DNA from: Candidatus Hydrogenedentota bacterium
Lineage (GTDB): Bacteria; Hydrogenedentota; Hydrogenedentia; Hydrogenedentales; SLHB01
NCBI GenBank assembly: GCA_034408725.1
Contig: JAWXCN010000192.1
Coordinates: 1-27,378, forward strand
DNA: 27,378 nucleotides
Reading direction: 5' to 3'
Below the pieces are notes generated by a model. It had not been told where the DNA came from, searched no databases, and saw nothing but the letters and a program-made list of their open reading frames with translations. The stretch's first letter is position 1. Each line of letters opens with the position of its first letter. Shown piece after piece: positions 17,188 through 25,793 of the stretch. The translations under genes and the position numbers were made by a program.

Positions 17188-18695
17188 TCTACACTTCCAT
17201 TGTCAGTGGATGACATTCCACGAATAGCCTTGCAAACATTGACTAATTTGTGATCGCTCGCATTCGATTCTCCGTGTTCGGTATTAGAAGCTTGAATGTC
17301 ACCAATTGACTGAAAATCACAGTTATCGCCAGAGGCTGGTGCAACATTTGGTGCAACCAAACTCTGGGCGTCCATCGGAATGACGGGAAGTGCGTCGAGG
17401 GCGCGACCTATGTCCACAAGTTCCAAATGCGTGTACGTTGTTGATGTCAATTTGGGATCACTGTGCCTCATCGCGGCTTGTGCCACTTGCATTGATGCAC
17501 CGCTCCGGCCCATGAACGTCGCGAAGGTATGACGCAAGGAGTGGAGATCCAGGGTCCGCCCGCTCTGGTCACGTTTGGGGATACCAGCGGCACGCAAATC
17601 AAGGTCAAAAACCTTTATCGACGGCATGTTGGCGAATACGCGAGCGTTTGCTGCAGAATGGAGCGGCACCAGTTGCCCGCTTTTACCTGTCGTGACCCAT
17701 GCATTTTTGGCGTCAAGGTAATTCTTCAAATCTTCCGCGACATCGGGTCTTAGCGCCACGCGGGCCAACTTCCGATTTTTCGCGTAGCGGGCTTCGAGCG
17801 TGATGCGAGGGGATTCGCCGCCTAACGTTAATGCCCCCTCAGTTAAAGTCTTAACTTCATTACATCGCAATCCAGTCAAGGCCATCAATTTATACGCCGT
17901 TGCGCGTTCGAGACCCAGTAGCTTGAGGCGTTGCCGTGTAGATTCCGACAGTTTTGCCGAAACACCGCGATTACCTAGCTTCGAATCAAGAGGCCGCTCT
18001 TTTGCCGCACGGATTAGTTTAGTGAGTTCGTCTGTTGTCAGAGCGCGACGGGGACGTCTCGCGTCAACTTGCTCGTTGGAGCGCGGTACCCCGGCGAATG
18101 GATTCACGTGTCTTCGCTGTGTACGAAGCAACCAAGCGCCAAAAGAGGTAGCGGCTACGCGAAAACCATTTCGCACCCTTGCCGAAAAGTGTTGGCCGTC
18201 AAGCCAACGCTCGAAGATTTCGCGCCGTAGATCACTTAAACGACTGAAATTACATCCTGCGTTCATGCGTTCGAGGTACCGCCTCGTCTTCTTTTGATGT
18301 TCGACTGTTGTTCCCTTCGCCACCAGATGGCTTAAAAACCCGTCGATGTGAGATTCGAGCGCCGCGTGGGCGTGTAGTGTCGCGGCGTTCTCCGCTACGG
18401 TTATTACCCCGCTCCGCACCAATTCAGCTTGCCGTTCAAGTTTTGTGAGTACACTAAGCGCAGCACCTCTGTCACGGCATCCGGTAGAGATTTCGCGAAC
18501 GACGTCTTGACCATCCCGATATTTCGCAATATAGGTTCGCGATTCCGTCGTAATGCGTCCGTTTTCAATTATGCGGGCTGTCCGAGGTTTTCCCTTCCCG
18601 TCCGTCCATTGCGCCCACTTCTGTAGATTTTTGACGATTACAATGGCACCCTCAGGCAAATGCCGCGTCACAGATTTTCGAAATACAGTACCCAT
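17130..18695 (-). CDS. Tyrosine recombinase / phage-type integrase
   Basis: Catalytic motifs LTGLRCNE (R), YAKN (K), LHSLRHTF (H-x-x-R) and MRHSDPKLTSTTYTH (H, Y); N-terminal arm-binding and SAM-like regions. AAGAGGA SD before TTG 18698/ATG 18695. Confidence 0.95.
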   Translation of the reverse strand: MGTVFRKSVTRHLPEGAIVIVKNLQKWAQWTDGKGKPRTARIIENGRITTESRTYIAKYRDGQDVVREISTGCRDRGAALSVLTKLERQAELVRSGVITVAENAATLHAHAALESHIDGFLSHLVAKGTTVEHQKKTRRYLERMNAGCNFSRLSDLRREIFERWLDGQHFSARVRNGFRVAATSFGAWLLRTQRRHVNPFAGVPRSNEQVDARRPRRALTTDELTKLIRAAKERPLDSKLGNRGVSAKLSESTRQRLKLLGLERATAYKLMALTGLRCNEVKTLTEGALTLGGESPRITLEARYAKNRKLARVALRPDVAEDLKNYLDAKNAWVTTGKSGQLVPLHSAANARVFANMPSIKVFDLDLRAAGIPKRDQSGRTLDLHSLRHTFATFMGRSGASMQVAQAAMRHSDPKLTSTTYTHLELVDIGRALDALPVIPMDAQSLVAPNVAPASGDNCDFQSIGDIQASNTEHGESNASDHKLVNVCKAIRGMSSTDNGSVDGGPSRTRTYDQVIMSHLL

Positions 18696-18921
18696 CAATC
18701 TATTCCTCTTTGTGCGGCATTAACGTTGGCGATGCCGAGAAGTGTAGCGGCAGTGACAGTTACGATGCATGTTTTCCACCTTCTGATCTTGAGCGGTCGA
18801 GGTCTGGAAATTTCCATTCATTCACGTTCAAGAGACCACCGTTGCCCGCGCGTTCAATTGGATTGGGTGTCCCTATACTGTATCCACCGGGAAAATTCAA
18901 CCAGCGCTACGCTAACTCCAT

Positions 18922-18996
18922 CGAAGATGATCAAGGTCTCGCGAACATACTCACCTTTGTGTACCTGATCGCCTTCGGTCATCATGATCACCTTCG
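18922..18996. repeat. Cluster of 12-mer repeats (consensus TGATCACCTTCG), candidate replication-origin iterons
   Basis: TACTCACCTTTG 18948-18959, TGATCGCCTTCG 18966-18977, TGATCACCTTCG 18985-18996, plus an inverted copy CGAAGATGATCA at 18922-18933. Confidence 0.55.
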
Positions 18997-19008
18997 AGTG
19001 CGTGTTCA

Positions 19009-20823
19009 CTATCTACTGGTTACTGGCGGCTGATTGGGCAATCGCCAGTGCCACTTCTGTCCGTCGGATCCGGGTTGGCCATGCTTTTCCGCACGCACGT
19101 CGAGGCAGGTCTTCGCGCGTCGTAACGTTGCTTTCGCGATGCCGTTTTCCTTTGCTTGTGCCTGAATGTCCAAGGCGGATGCGGGCAAAACTTCCAGCAG
19201 GAACTCCTTGGCAGCGGAGAGCTGAGACTGGAATTCGTGGTTTACCGGAGCAAGTAGGTCCTGTGCAGTGTGTGGACTCTCGCCTTGCCACTCTATGACT
19301 GGCGCACCCGATGCTGCGACATTCACGGCAAACGAAAGCGACGCCGGAAAACGCCCAACGTTTATCTTCGATACGGCCAATACGCGACGGTTTGCATTGT
19401 CCGGGTCGTTTGCAATAACCATCCCAATCCGTGCTGCGGCGATGATTCCAATACTTCCGCCGCCTCTATACAACGGATTCGGGCCAGCGACCTTGTTCAA
19501 GTGGCGCACCAATATCACTGCGATTCCGGCGGATTCAGCCAGTCGTTTCAGGGGGTGCAGGGCCAATCGCACGTCCTGGTCTTTATGCGCGCATATTCCG
19601 GTAGAGAGAAACGCCATGATCGGGTCAATCACGAGTAACCGCGCTTTACTTTCGGCTACTGCCTCGCGAAGTCGCTCAATATCCTTTGGAATTGAAACTG
19701 GGCCTGCGGCGCTCCCTGCGTTTGGTTTAATTGTATAAACAAGCGAGACATCGGCGCCCGCGGCTTCAAGCCGGGGCCGAATAGTGTCCGCTTCACCGTC
19801 TTCTGCGTTCAGCATGACAACCGAACACGGTGGTCGACGTTCTGTCTCACCAGGGAACGGAAGCCCAGTGGAGAGGCGGGCAGCGATATCGATGGTAACG
19901 AGGCTCTTGCCCCCACCCGGGTCTCCGTCCAAGACAGTGATTTTGCCACAGGCGATTCGATTCCTCCACAACCAATCCACCGGTTCGGACGCAATTTCGC
20001 CGAAACTGATTATTTGGGATCTGTTTTGGCCTGTTGCAAATACTTGGCCAATGTCATCGACCATGGACATCAACTGTTCTCGCGTCCCTCCCGCGGCGAT
20101 CCAGTCTGACACGTCGCCTTTTTCAGCCAAGTGAGGCAAGTTGAGCACGCGGATACTGCGCGCTATGCCCTCCACGAAACTTACGACCAACTCGCCGTGT
20201 TTTCGTCCGGCCTCATCGTTATCAGGAAGTACGATTACGTCGGCATTTCGTAACGCTTCGCTTAGATCCTCGGTCCATTTGCCCGCGCCGCCAGAGTTGC
20301 AAGTGGCGACGACGCCAATGCCCTCGAGGCCCAGGACGTCTTTCTCACCCTCCACGACAAAAATCGGTTGACCTTCGACCACCGCCTTGGCAACCGCTGG
20401 CCAACGGAAGATAACGCGGCGGATTCCTTTCAGGTTCCAAAGCCAACCACCCTTCCCATCGGGTCTACGTTGGCGAAACTTTTTTGGCTGCTTGCGAATC
20501 ACCTGATAAAGCGTATTGCCCGAAAGATCCGTATACTCGTATACGGTCTCACTTGCTATCGGGGCGTCATTTGTTGTCTCGCGTTTTTGTGACGGGTCTT
20601 TGTCTATTGGTGGGGTTACGCTTTCTGGGGAGAGCGCTGCGATAATGTCCGCATATTTGCAGCCGGCATGGCAGTGCAACAGCGCTAGACCATTTCCGGC
20701 TCGATCAATAGCGAGTGAGGGATCATGGTCGTCGTGGGCAGGGCAAAGTGCCATCATTCCATTGCCGTTGGCTCGGACTCCCGATAGATGGGGAAGCACG
20801 TCGTCGAACTTTAAAAATGACAT
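19009..20823 (-). CDS. Primase-helicase fusion: zinc finger + TOPRIM + RecA/AAA_25 (RepA-like) helicase (start at ATG 20823)
   Basis: CPAHDD..PSL...LLHCHAGC zinc finger; VVEGEKD...LPDND TOPRIM; Walker A GDPGGGKS; Walker B LLVIDP; RHLNK. Strong SD AAGGAGG overlapping the AlpA stop codon. Confidence 0.9.
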   Translation of the reverse strand: MSFLKFDDVLPHLSGVRANGNGMMALCPAHDDHDPSLAIDRAGNGLALLHCHAGCKYADIIAALSPESVTPPIDKDPSQKRETTNDAPIASETVYEYTDLSGNTLYQVIRKQPKKFRQRRPDGKGGWLWNLKGIRRVIFRWPAVAKAVVEGQPIFVVEGEKDVLGLEGIGVVATCNSGGAGKWTEDLSEALRNADVIVLPDNDEAGRKHGELVVSFVEGIARSIRVLNLPHLAEKGDVSDWIAAGGTREQLMSMVDDIGQVFATGQNRSQIISFGEIASEPVDWLWRNRIACGKITVLDGDPGGGKSLVTIDIAARLSTGLPFPGETERRPPCSVVMLNAEDGEADTIRPRLEAAGADVSLVYTIKPNAGSAAGPVSIPKDIERLREAVAESKARLLVIDPIMAFLSTGICAHKDQDVRLALHPLKRLAESAGIAVILVRHLNKVAGPNPLYRGGGSIGIIAAARIGMVIANDPDNANRRVLAVSKINVGRFPASLSFAVNVAASGAPVIEWQGESPHTAQDLLAPVNHEFQSQLSAAKEFLLEVLPASALDIQAQAKENGIAKATLRRAKTCLDVRAEKHGQPGSDGQKWHWRLPNQPPVTSR

Positions 20824-20834
20824 TTCATTCCTCC

Positions 20835-21080
20835 TTAGCGCTGTGCTGGACAGCCGGCAGCTATCCACGAATCGATGTCTGATTTTCTCCAACGCACCAG
20901 CGCGCCGAGGCGCAGCGCTTTCGGAATTTTCCCGCAGTCCCGCAAGCGCCACACATGGCGGCAGGAGCAGCTTAGGAGCGCCGCGACGACGCTCACATCG
21001 ATGAGGGCAGCTTGATGGTCCGATGATGTGGGACTTGGGGTTGGGGAAGAGGAGGTTCGATCGCTAGATGCTTGTACCAT
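20835..21080 (-). CDS. AlpA/excisionase-like helix-turn-helix protein
   Basis: LIDVSVVAALLSCSCRHVWRLRDCGKIPKALRLGALVRWRKSDIDSWI matches the AlpA/Xis winged-HTH pattern. AAAGGA SD. Confidence 0.88.
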   Translation of the reverse strand: MVQASSDRTSSSPTPSPTSSDHQAALIDVSVVAALLSCSCRHVWRLRDCGKIPKALRLGALVRWRKSDIDSWIAAGCPAQR

Positions 21081-21267
21081 GGCTCCGATGTCCTTTCATT
21101 ACCCGACGGACCCTGTGTCCGTCTGCGGTGGACATTTTTGCCATGGAATCTTGCGATGAAACTTGACTGAAATTTGAAGCGGAGTTTTTGCGATTTGTAA
21201 CTGTTTGATATGAAGTGACTTGTGGAATTACGATTGGGTTCAAATGAAACTTGATGTCAACTAGCTC

Positions 21268-22134
21268 TCATTTCTTTTTTGTTGTTTTGCCGTCGGGGGA
21301 GCGTCCCGACCGGCCAAGGCGCAGTTTGTTTTCTACTTCTTGTTCGGACTCATCTCCTTTGGGTTTCATGTTCCGGGCCTGAAGAACGCGATTTATACCG
21401 TCCATCGAAATACGCCGCTGCTTGCCCTTCAAACCATTGGTTTCCAATTTCCCCGCGCTGCACCATCTCGAAACCGTTGGGTCAGAGACTTCTAATAGTA
21501 TTGCAGCGTGCGATACCTTCACAGACGGGGTGCTTTCGATACCCTGTCCCGAAGCGATATTCACTTGGTCCCATTTTTCAATCGCGCACAGCACTAACCA
21601 CAGGAATTTCCTGGTGGCATCCGATATGGGCTTGCAAGGGCAATTTGCAACAACCCGCCACGCATCGATGTGGTTTATCGACAAGCGCTTCACGAGTTTG
21701 CGGTTTTCATAGCAGTCCTTCATTTCAAGATGTATCAGTCCAAGCCGGTGCATTTCAGTAGCTTTTCGGCAGAGGGCATCAAGGACTATCGGTGCCCCAT
21801 TAGTGTAATTACCGAGCGATGAACTCTTATCCCAGAATTCGAAGAACCAAAACAACAGGTGGCGCTGCACGGGGTTCAAATTTTCATAGGGTATGTCGTT
21901 CTCCGGGCTATCCCAAAGCACCGTTTGTGAGGGTGGCGGAGCGAGAACGAGTTCCACATCTTCAGTAAGCTCAATCAACGAATGTGGGGAGGTTTCTTGG
22001 TTTCGCACGACGAAAGAACATTTGCTCGGATACCCCGATTCTTCAGGCCCGCCTGTACGCATTTCCGAGTTTGCCTTGTCGAAAATGGCCCAATTTTTCA
22101 CAATGAGCGGTTGCACGTCGAGAGAATTTGGCAT
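21268..22134 (-). CDS. Hypothetical protein with C-terminal MerR/HTH_17-like DNA-binding domain
   Basis: 288-aa ORF with GGGAGA SD. C-terminal VKVSHAAILLEVSDPTVSRWCSAGKL...RRISMDGI is HTH-like; the N-terminal about 200 aa are unrecognised. Confidence 0.7.
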   Translation of the reverse strand: MPNSLDVQPLIVKNWAIFDKANSEMRTGGPEESGYPSKCSFVVRNQETSPHSLIELTEDVELVLAPPPSQTVLWDSPENDIPYENLNPVQRHLLFWFFEFWDKSSSLGNYTNGAPIVLDALCRKATEMHRLGLIHLEMKDCYENRKLVKRLSINHIDAWRVVANCPCKPISDATRKFLWLVLCAIEKWDQVNIASGQGIESTPSVKVSHAAILLEVSDPTVSRWCSAGKLETNGLKGKQRRISMDGINRVLQARNMKPKGDESEQEVENKLRLGRSGRSPDGKTTKKK

Positions 22135-22690
22135 ATCAATGAGTCTCCCTGTTCATTGGTAGAATTCTATAGAATGTCAACATTGGGCAATAGGTGTTGT
22201 AGGTGGCGGCCGCGCTGCGTGAAACAAACGAATCGAGAACGCGAACTTCGCGTCGGTGCAACATGAAATTCCACATCGCGCAAAAAGGGTTGCAACGCTT
22301 TTTATGGTCTTGTTTTTTTCGTGATAACGGTCATTTCGACATTCACAAAACTCCTGAAAAGAAACTCCTGGTTCGAGCAACATTTGACAAGCGCTGTTCT
22401 CGTTAGTCGTCGCCCATTCCGTTCAAGATTTATCTATAAGATCTCCGTTTAAAGGGTTAAATTCAATCTTTCAGAGGAGTCAGAATACGTCGGGCAGGAG
22501 TTTCCCTTGACACCGATGGACAATAATTTGTTCAAGAGGATAATCCATGACTCAACCGCCGGCTGGACTTGGTCCCAGATTGATAGTACTCTTGGCTTTG
22601 TGGGGCGCGAACAGGTGCGGGGGGGCGCGACCTGACGAGTGCCATTCGCGCATTTTCCTGGGGTGATCGAACACGAGGGCTGGGGTTAGC

Positions 22691-25600
22691 GTGAGCGATA
22701 CATTTTTCGGAAGACCGATTCTAAATTCGCCCTATGACTACCCCCAACGACACTGGGAGCTGGACGAGCAGGGCCAGCCGACGCAACGCATCATCGAGAC
22801 CCGCCGCAAAGCCGAGTTCATCACACCCATTCCAAAACCCCGAAAGCGAAAGGGGGCGAAGCAGCAGGACCTCGTTTTCGATGAAGGTAAGGGTCTATCC
22901 ACCCAGGAACAGCAGTACGAACAAACCTCCGTCGTCATCAACGAACTTCGCCGTCAGGTGGACCAATGGCGCAGCCTTCCGAACCCGGCGGACTGGCATG
23001 TCACCCCCGAAACAGCCCGGTTGCTCCAGCATTGGCGGCACCATCCCTTCGCTGGTATTCGGCCTTTCTTCTGCCAGATTGAAGCCGTGGAAACTGCGAT
23101 TTGGCTGACGGAGGTCGCGCCGGCAACCGGGCAGATGGGCAAGGGTTTCCTCGAGCACCTGGCCAATGCAAACAACGATGCCAATCCGGAGCTGATGCGC
23201 CTCGCGTTGAAACTCGCCACCGGCGCCGGCAAGACCACCGTCATGGCCATGCTTATCGCGTGGCAGGCCATCAACGCCGCCCGCAGACCTGGTAGCAAGA
23301 AATTCACCCGTGGCTTCCTCGTCGTCACGCCAGGCCTCACCATCAAAGACCGCCTGCGCGTTTTGCAGCCCAACGACCCCGATAGCTACTACAAAGACCG
23401 TGAACTGATTCCCAGCGACCTGGTAAGGGAATTGACGCACGCCAAGATCGTCATCACGAATTATCACGCGTTCAAGCTCCGCGAGCGCATGGAATTGTCC
23501 AGTGGCGGGCGCGCACTGCTCCAGGGCCGCGGCGCGGAACCATTGAACACCCTTGAAACCGAAGGTCAAATGATTCAGCGCGTCATGTCGGAGCTGATGG
23601 GTATGAAAAATATCCTCGTGCTGAACGACGAGGCGCACCACTGCTACCGGGAGAAGCCGGGTGAGGTAGTCGAGGGCGAGATTGCGGGCGAGGAAAAGAG
23701 AGAAGCCGAGAAGAATCTGGAGGCGGCCCGGTTATGGATTTCCGGACTGGAAGCAGTGAACCGACACATCGGTCTTACAAATGTCATCGACTTGTCGGCC
23801 ACGCCCTTCTTCCTCCGCGGCTCAGGCTATGCTGAGGGAACCCTGTTCCCATGGACCATGAGCGACTTCTCCCTTATGGATGCCATCGAGTGCGGCATTG
23901 TGAAACTGCCACGCGTACCAGTTGCGGAGAACATTCCAGGCGACGAGATGCCGATATACCGCAATCTCTGGGAAAACATTCGAAAGGACATGCCCAAGAA
24001 GGGCCGTGGCAAGAGCGAGGAACTCGACCCGCTCAAGCTCCCAACGCGATTGCAGACGGCGCTGGCAGCCCTGTACGGCCATTACGAGAAGACTTACGAG
24101 CTGTGGGTGGAAAAGAAGATCAAGGTGCCGCCCTGCTTCATCATCGTTTGCCAGAATACGTCCATCTCGAAGTTGGTATACGACTACGTTTCCGGGTTTC
24201 ACCGAAAGAACGACGATGGCTCGACCACACTTGAGAACGGCCGTCTGGCACTCTTCCGAAACTTCGACGAAACAACCGGCAACCCTTTCCCTCGGCCAAA
24301 CACTATTCTCATCGACAGTGAGCAACTCGAAGCCGGCGACGCGCTCGACAACAACTTCCGCGCGATAGCGGCTGACGAAATAGAACGATTTCGCCGTGAA
24401 ATCATCGAACGAACCGGTGATGCCCATGCCGGCGACAAAATCACCGACCAGGAACTGCTCCGCGAAGTCATGAACACCGTCGGCAAGCCTGATCAACTTG
24501 GAGGTTCCATCCGCTGCGTCGTCTCCGTCTCGATGCTCACCGAAGGTTGGGATGCCAACACCGTCACCCACGTCCTTGGAATCCGCGCGTTCGGCACGCA
24601 ACTTCTGTGCGAACAGGTTATCGGCCGCGCTTTGCGTCGTCAGTCATACGAACTGAACGAAGAAGGGTTGTTCAACGTCGAGTACGCCGACGTATTCGGT
24701 ATCCCCTTCGATTTCACGGCCAAGCCGGTGGTGGCGCCGCCACAGCCTCCGCGTCCCACGGTCCAGGTGAAAGCCATGCGCCCGGAGCGCGACAGCCTCG
24801 AGATTCGCTTCCCGCGCGTCGAAGGGTACCGCGTGGAATTGCCAGAGGAACGGCTGGCAGCCAGCTTCACCGACGATTCCATCCTGGAACTTACTCCGGA
24901 ACTGGTCGGTCCCTCCATCACACGCAACTCCGGAATCATCGGTGAAAGTGCAGACATGAATCTGGAGCACCTCGCGGACATGCGCCAGTCCACCGTCCTC
25001 TTCGAGGTAACGAAACGACTCCTATACACCAAATGGCGCGATCCCGGCGAGGAGCCCAAACTCTTCCTCTTCGGTCCGCTCAAGCGCATCACCAAGCAAT
25101 GGATGGACACCTGTCTGGTCTGCAAAGGGGACACCTATCCCGCGTTGCTCATGTACCAGGAACTGGCGGATTGGGCTTGCGAACGCATCACAGCCGCAAT
25201 TACCCGGCAGTTCCTGGGCGAGCGCCCCATCAAGGTGTTGCTGAATCCTTACAACCCGACCGGCTCGACCAACCACGTGAATTTCAGGACATCCAAGACC
25301 GACCGCTGGGAAACGGACTCGCGGCGTTGCCATATCAACTGGGTAATTCTCGATAGCGATTGGGAAGCCGAATTCTGCCGGGCCGCGGAATCTCATCCCC
25401 AGGCAAAAGCCTACGTGAAGAACCACAACCTCAGTTTCGAGGTGCCCTACCGCTACGGCTCGGAAACCCGAAAGTATCGGCCCGACTTCATCGTGCTCGT
25501 GGACGACGGTCATGGCGACGAAGATTTGCTGCATCTGATCGTCGAGATAAAGGGCTACCGCGGCGAGGACGCAAAGGACAAGAAATCGACCATGGAGGTC

Positions 25601-25762
25601 TATTGGGTGCCCGGCGTGAACAACAATGGACAGTACGGGAGATGGGCTTTCGCAGAATTCACCGACGTTTATCAGATCGAAGACGACTTAGAAGAATTAA
25701 TCGCCTCAAAATTCACGGAGATGATTGATGCGGTGGTCGTAAACAGTATATCGACACCATAA
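22691..25762 (+). CDS. Type III restriction enzyme Res subunit (SF2 helicase + PD-(D/E)XK nuclease; resembles the BPTD_3080-type family)
   Basis: RPFFCQIEA Q-motif, Walker A LATGAGKT, DEAHH, LSATP, MLTEGWDA, EQVIGRALRR and C-terminal YRPDFIV...IVEIKG. Confidence 0.92.
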   Translation: MSDTFFGRPILNSPYDYPQRHWELDEQGQPTQRIIETRRKAEFITPIPKPRKRKGAKQQDLVFDEGKGLSTQEQQYEQTSVVINELRRQVDQWRSLPNPADWHVTPETARLLQHWRHHPFAGIRPFFCQIEAVETAIWLTEVAPATGQMGKGFLEHLANANNDANPELMRLALKLATGAGKTTVMAMLIAWQAINAARRPGSKKFTRGFLVVTPGLTIKDRLRVLQPNDPDSYYKDRELIPSDLVRELTHAKIVITNYHAFKLRERMELSSGGRALLQGRGAEPLNTLETEGQMIQRVMSELMGMKNILVLNDEAHHCYREKPGEVVEGEIAGEEKREAEKNLEAARLWISGLEAVNRHIGLTNVIDLSATPFFLRGSGYAEGTLFPWTMSDFSLMDAIECGIVKLPRVPVAENIPGDEMPIYRNLWENIRKDMPKKGRGKSEELDPLKLPTRLQTALAALYGHYEKTYELWVEKKIKVPPCFIIVCQNTSISKLVYDYVSGFHRKNDDGSTTLENGRLALFRNFDETTGNPFPRPNTILIDSEQLEAGDALDNNFRAIAADEIERFRREIIERTGDAHAGDKITDQELLREVMNTVGKPDQLGGSIRCVVSVSMLTEGWDANTVTHVLGIRAFGTQLLCEQVIGRALRRQSYELNEEGLFNVEYADVFGIPFDFTAKPVVAPPQPPRPTVQVKAMRPERDSLEIRFPRVEGYRVELPEERLAASFTDDSILELTPELVGPSITRNSGIIGESADMNLEHLADMRQSTVLFEVTKRLLYTKWRDPGEEPKLFLFGPLKRITKQWMDTCLVCKGDTYPALLMYQELADWACERITAAITRQFLGERPIKVLLNPYNPTGSTNHVNFRTSKTDRWETDSRRCHINWVILDSDWEAEFCRAAESHPQAKAYVKNHNLSFEVPYRYGSETRKYRPDFIVLVDDGHGDEDLLHLIVEIKGYRGEDAKDKKSTMEVYWVPGVNNNGQYGRWAFAEFTDVYQIEDDLEELIASKFTEMIDAVVVNSISTP

Positions 25763-25793
25763 AATTCGACCAGGATCGGTAGCGATAAACAGA

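Noticed and set aside
20824-20952. N-terminal extension of the primase-helicase ORF
   Set aside because: It overlaps alpA in another frame, and a strong AAGGAGG SD supports ATG 20823.
22370-22378. GGTTCGAG as the second att copy of the tRNA 3' end
   Set aside because: Only an 8-nt match with no continuation into TCCTACTGGGCCCACCA. I found no convincing att duplicate in the window.
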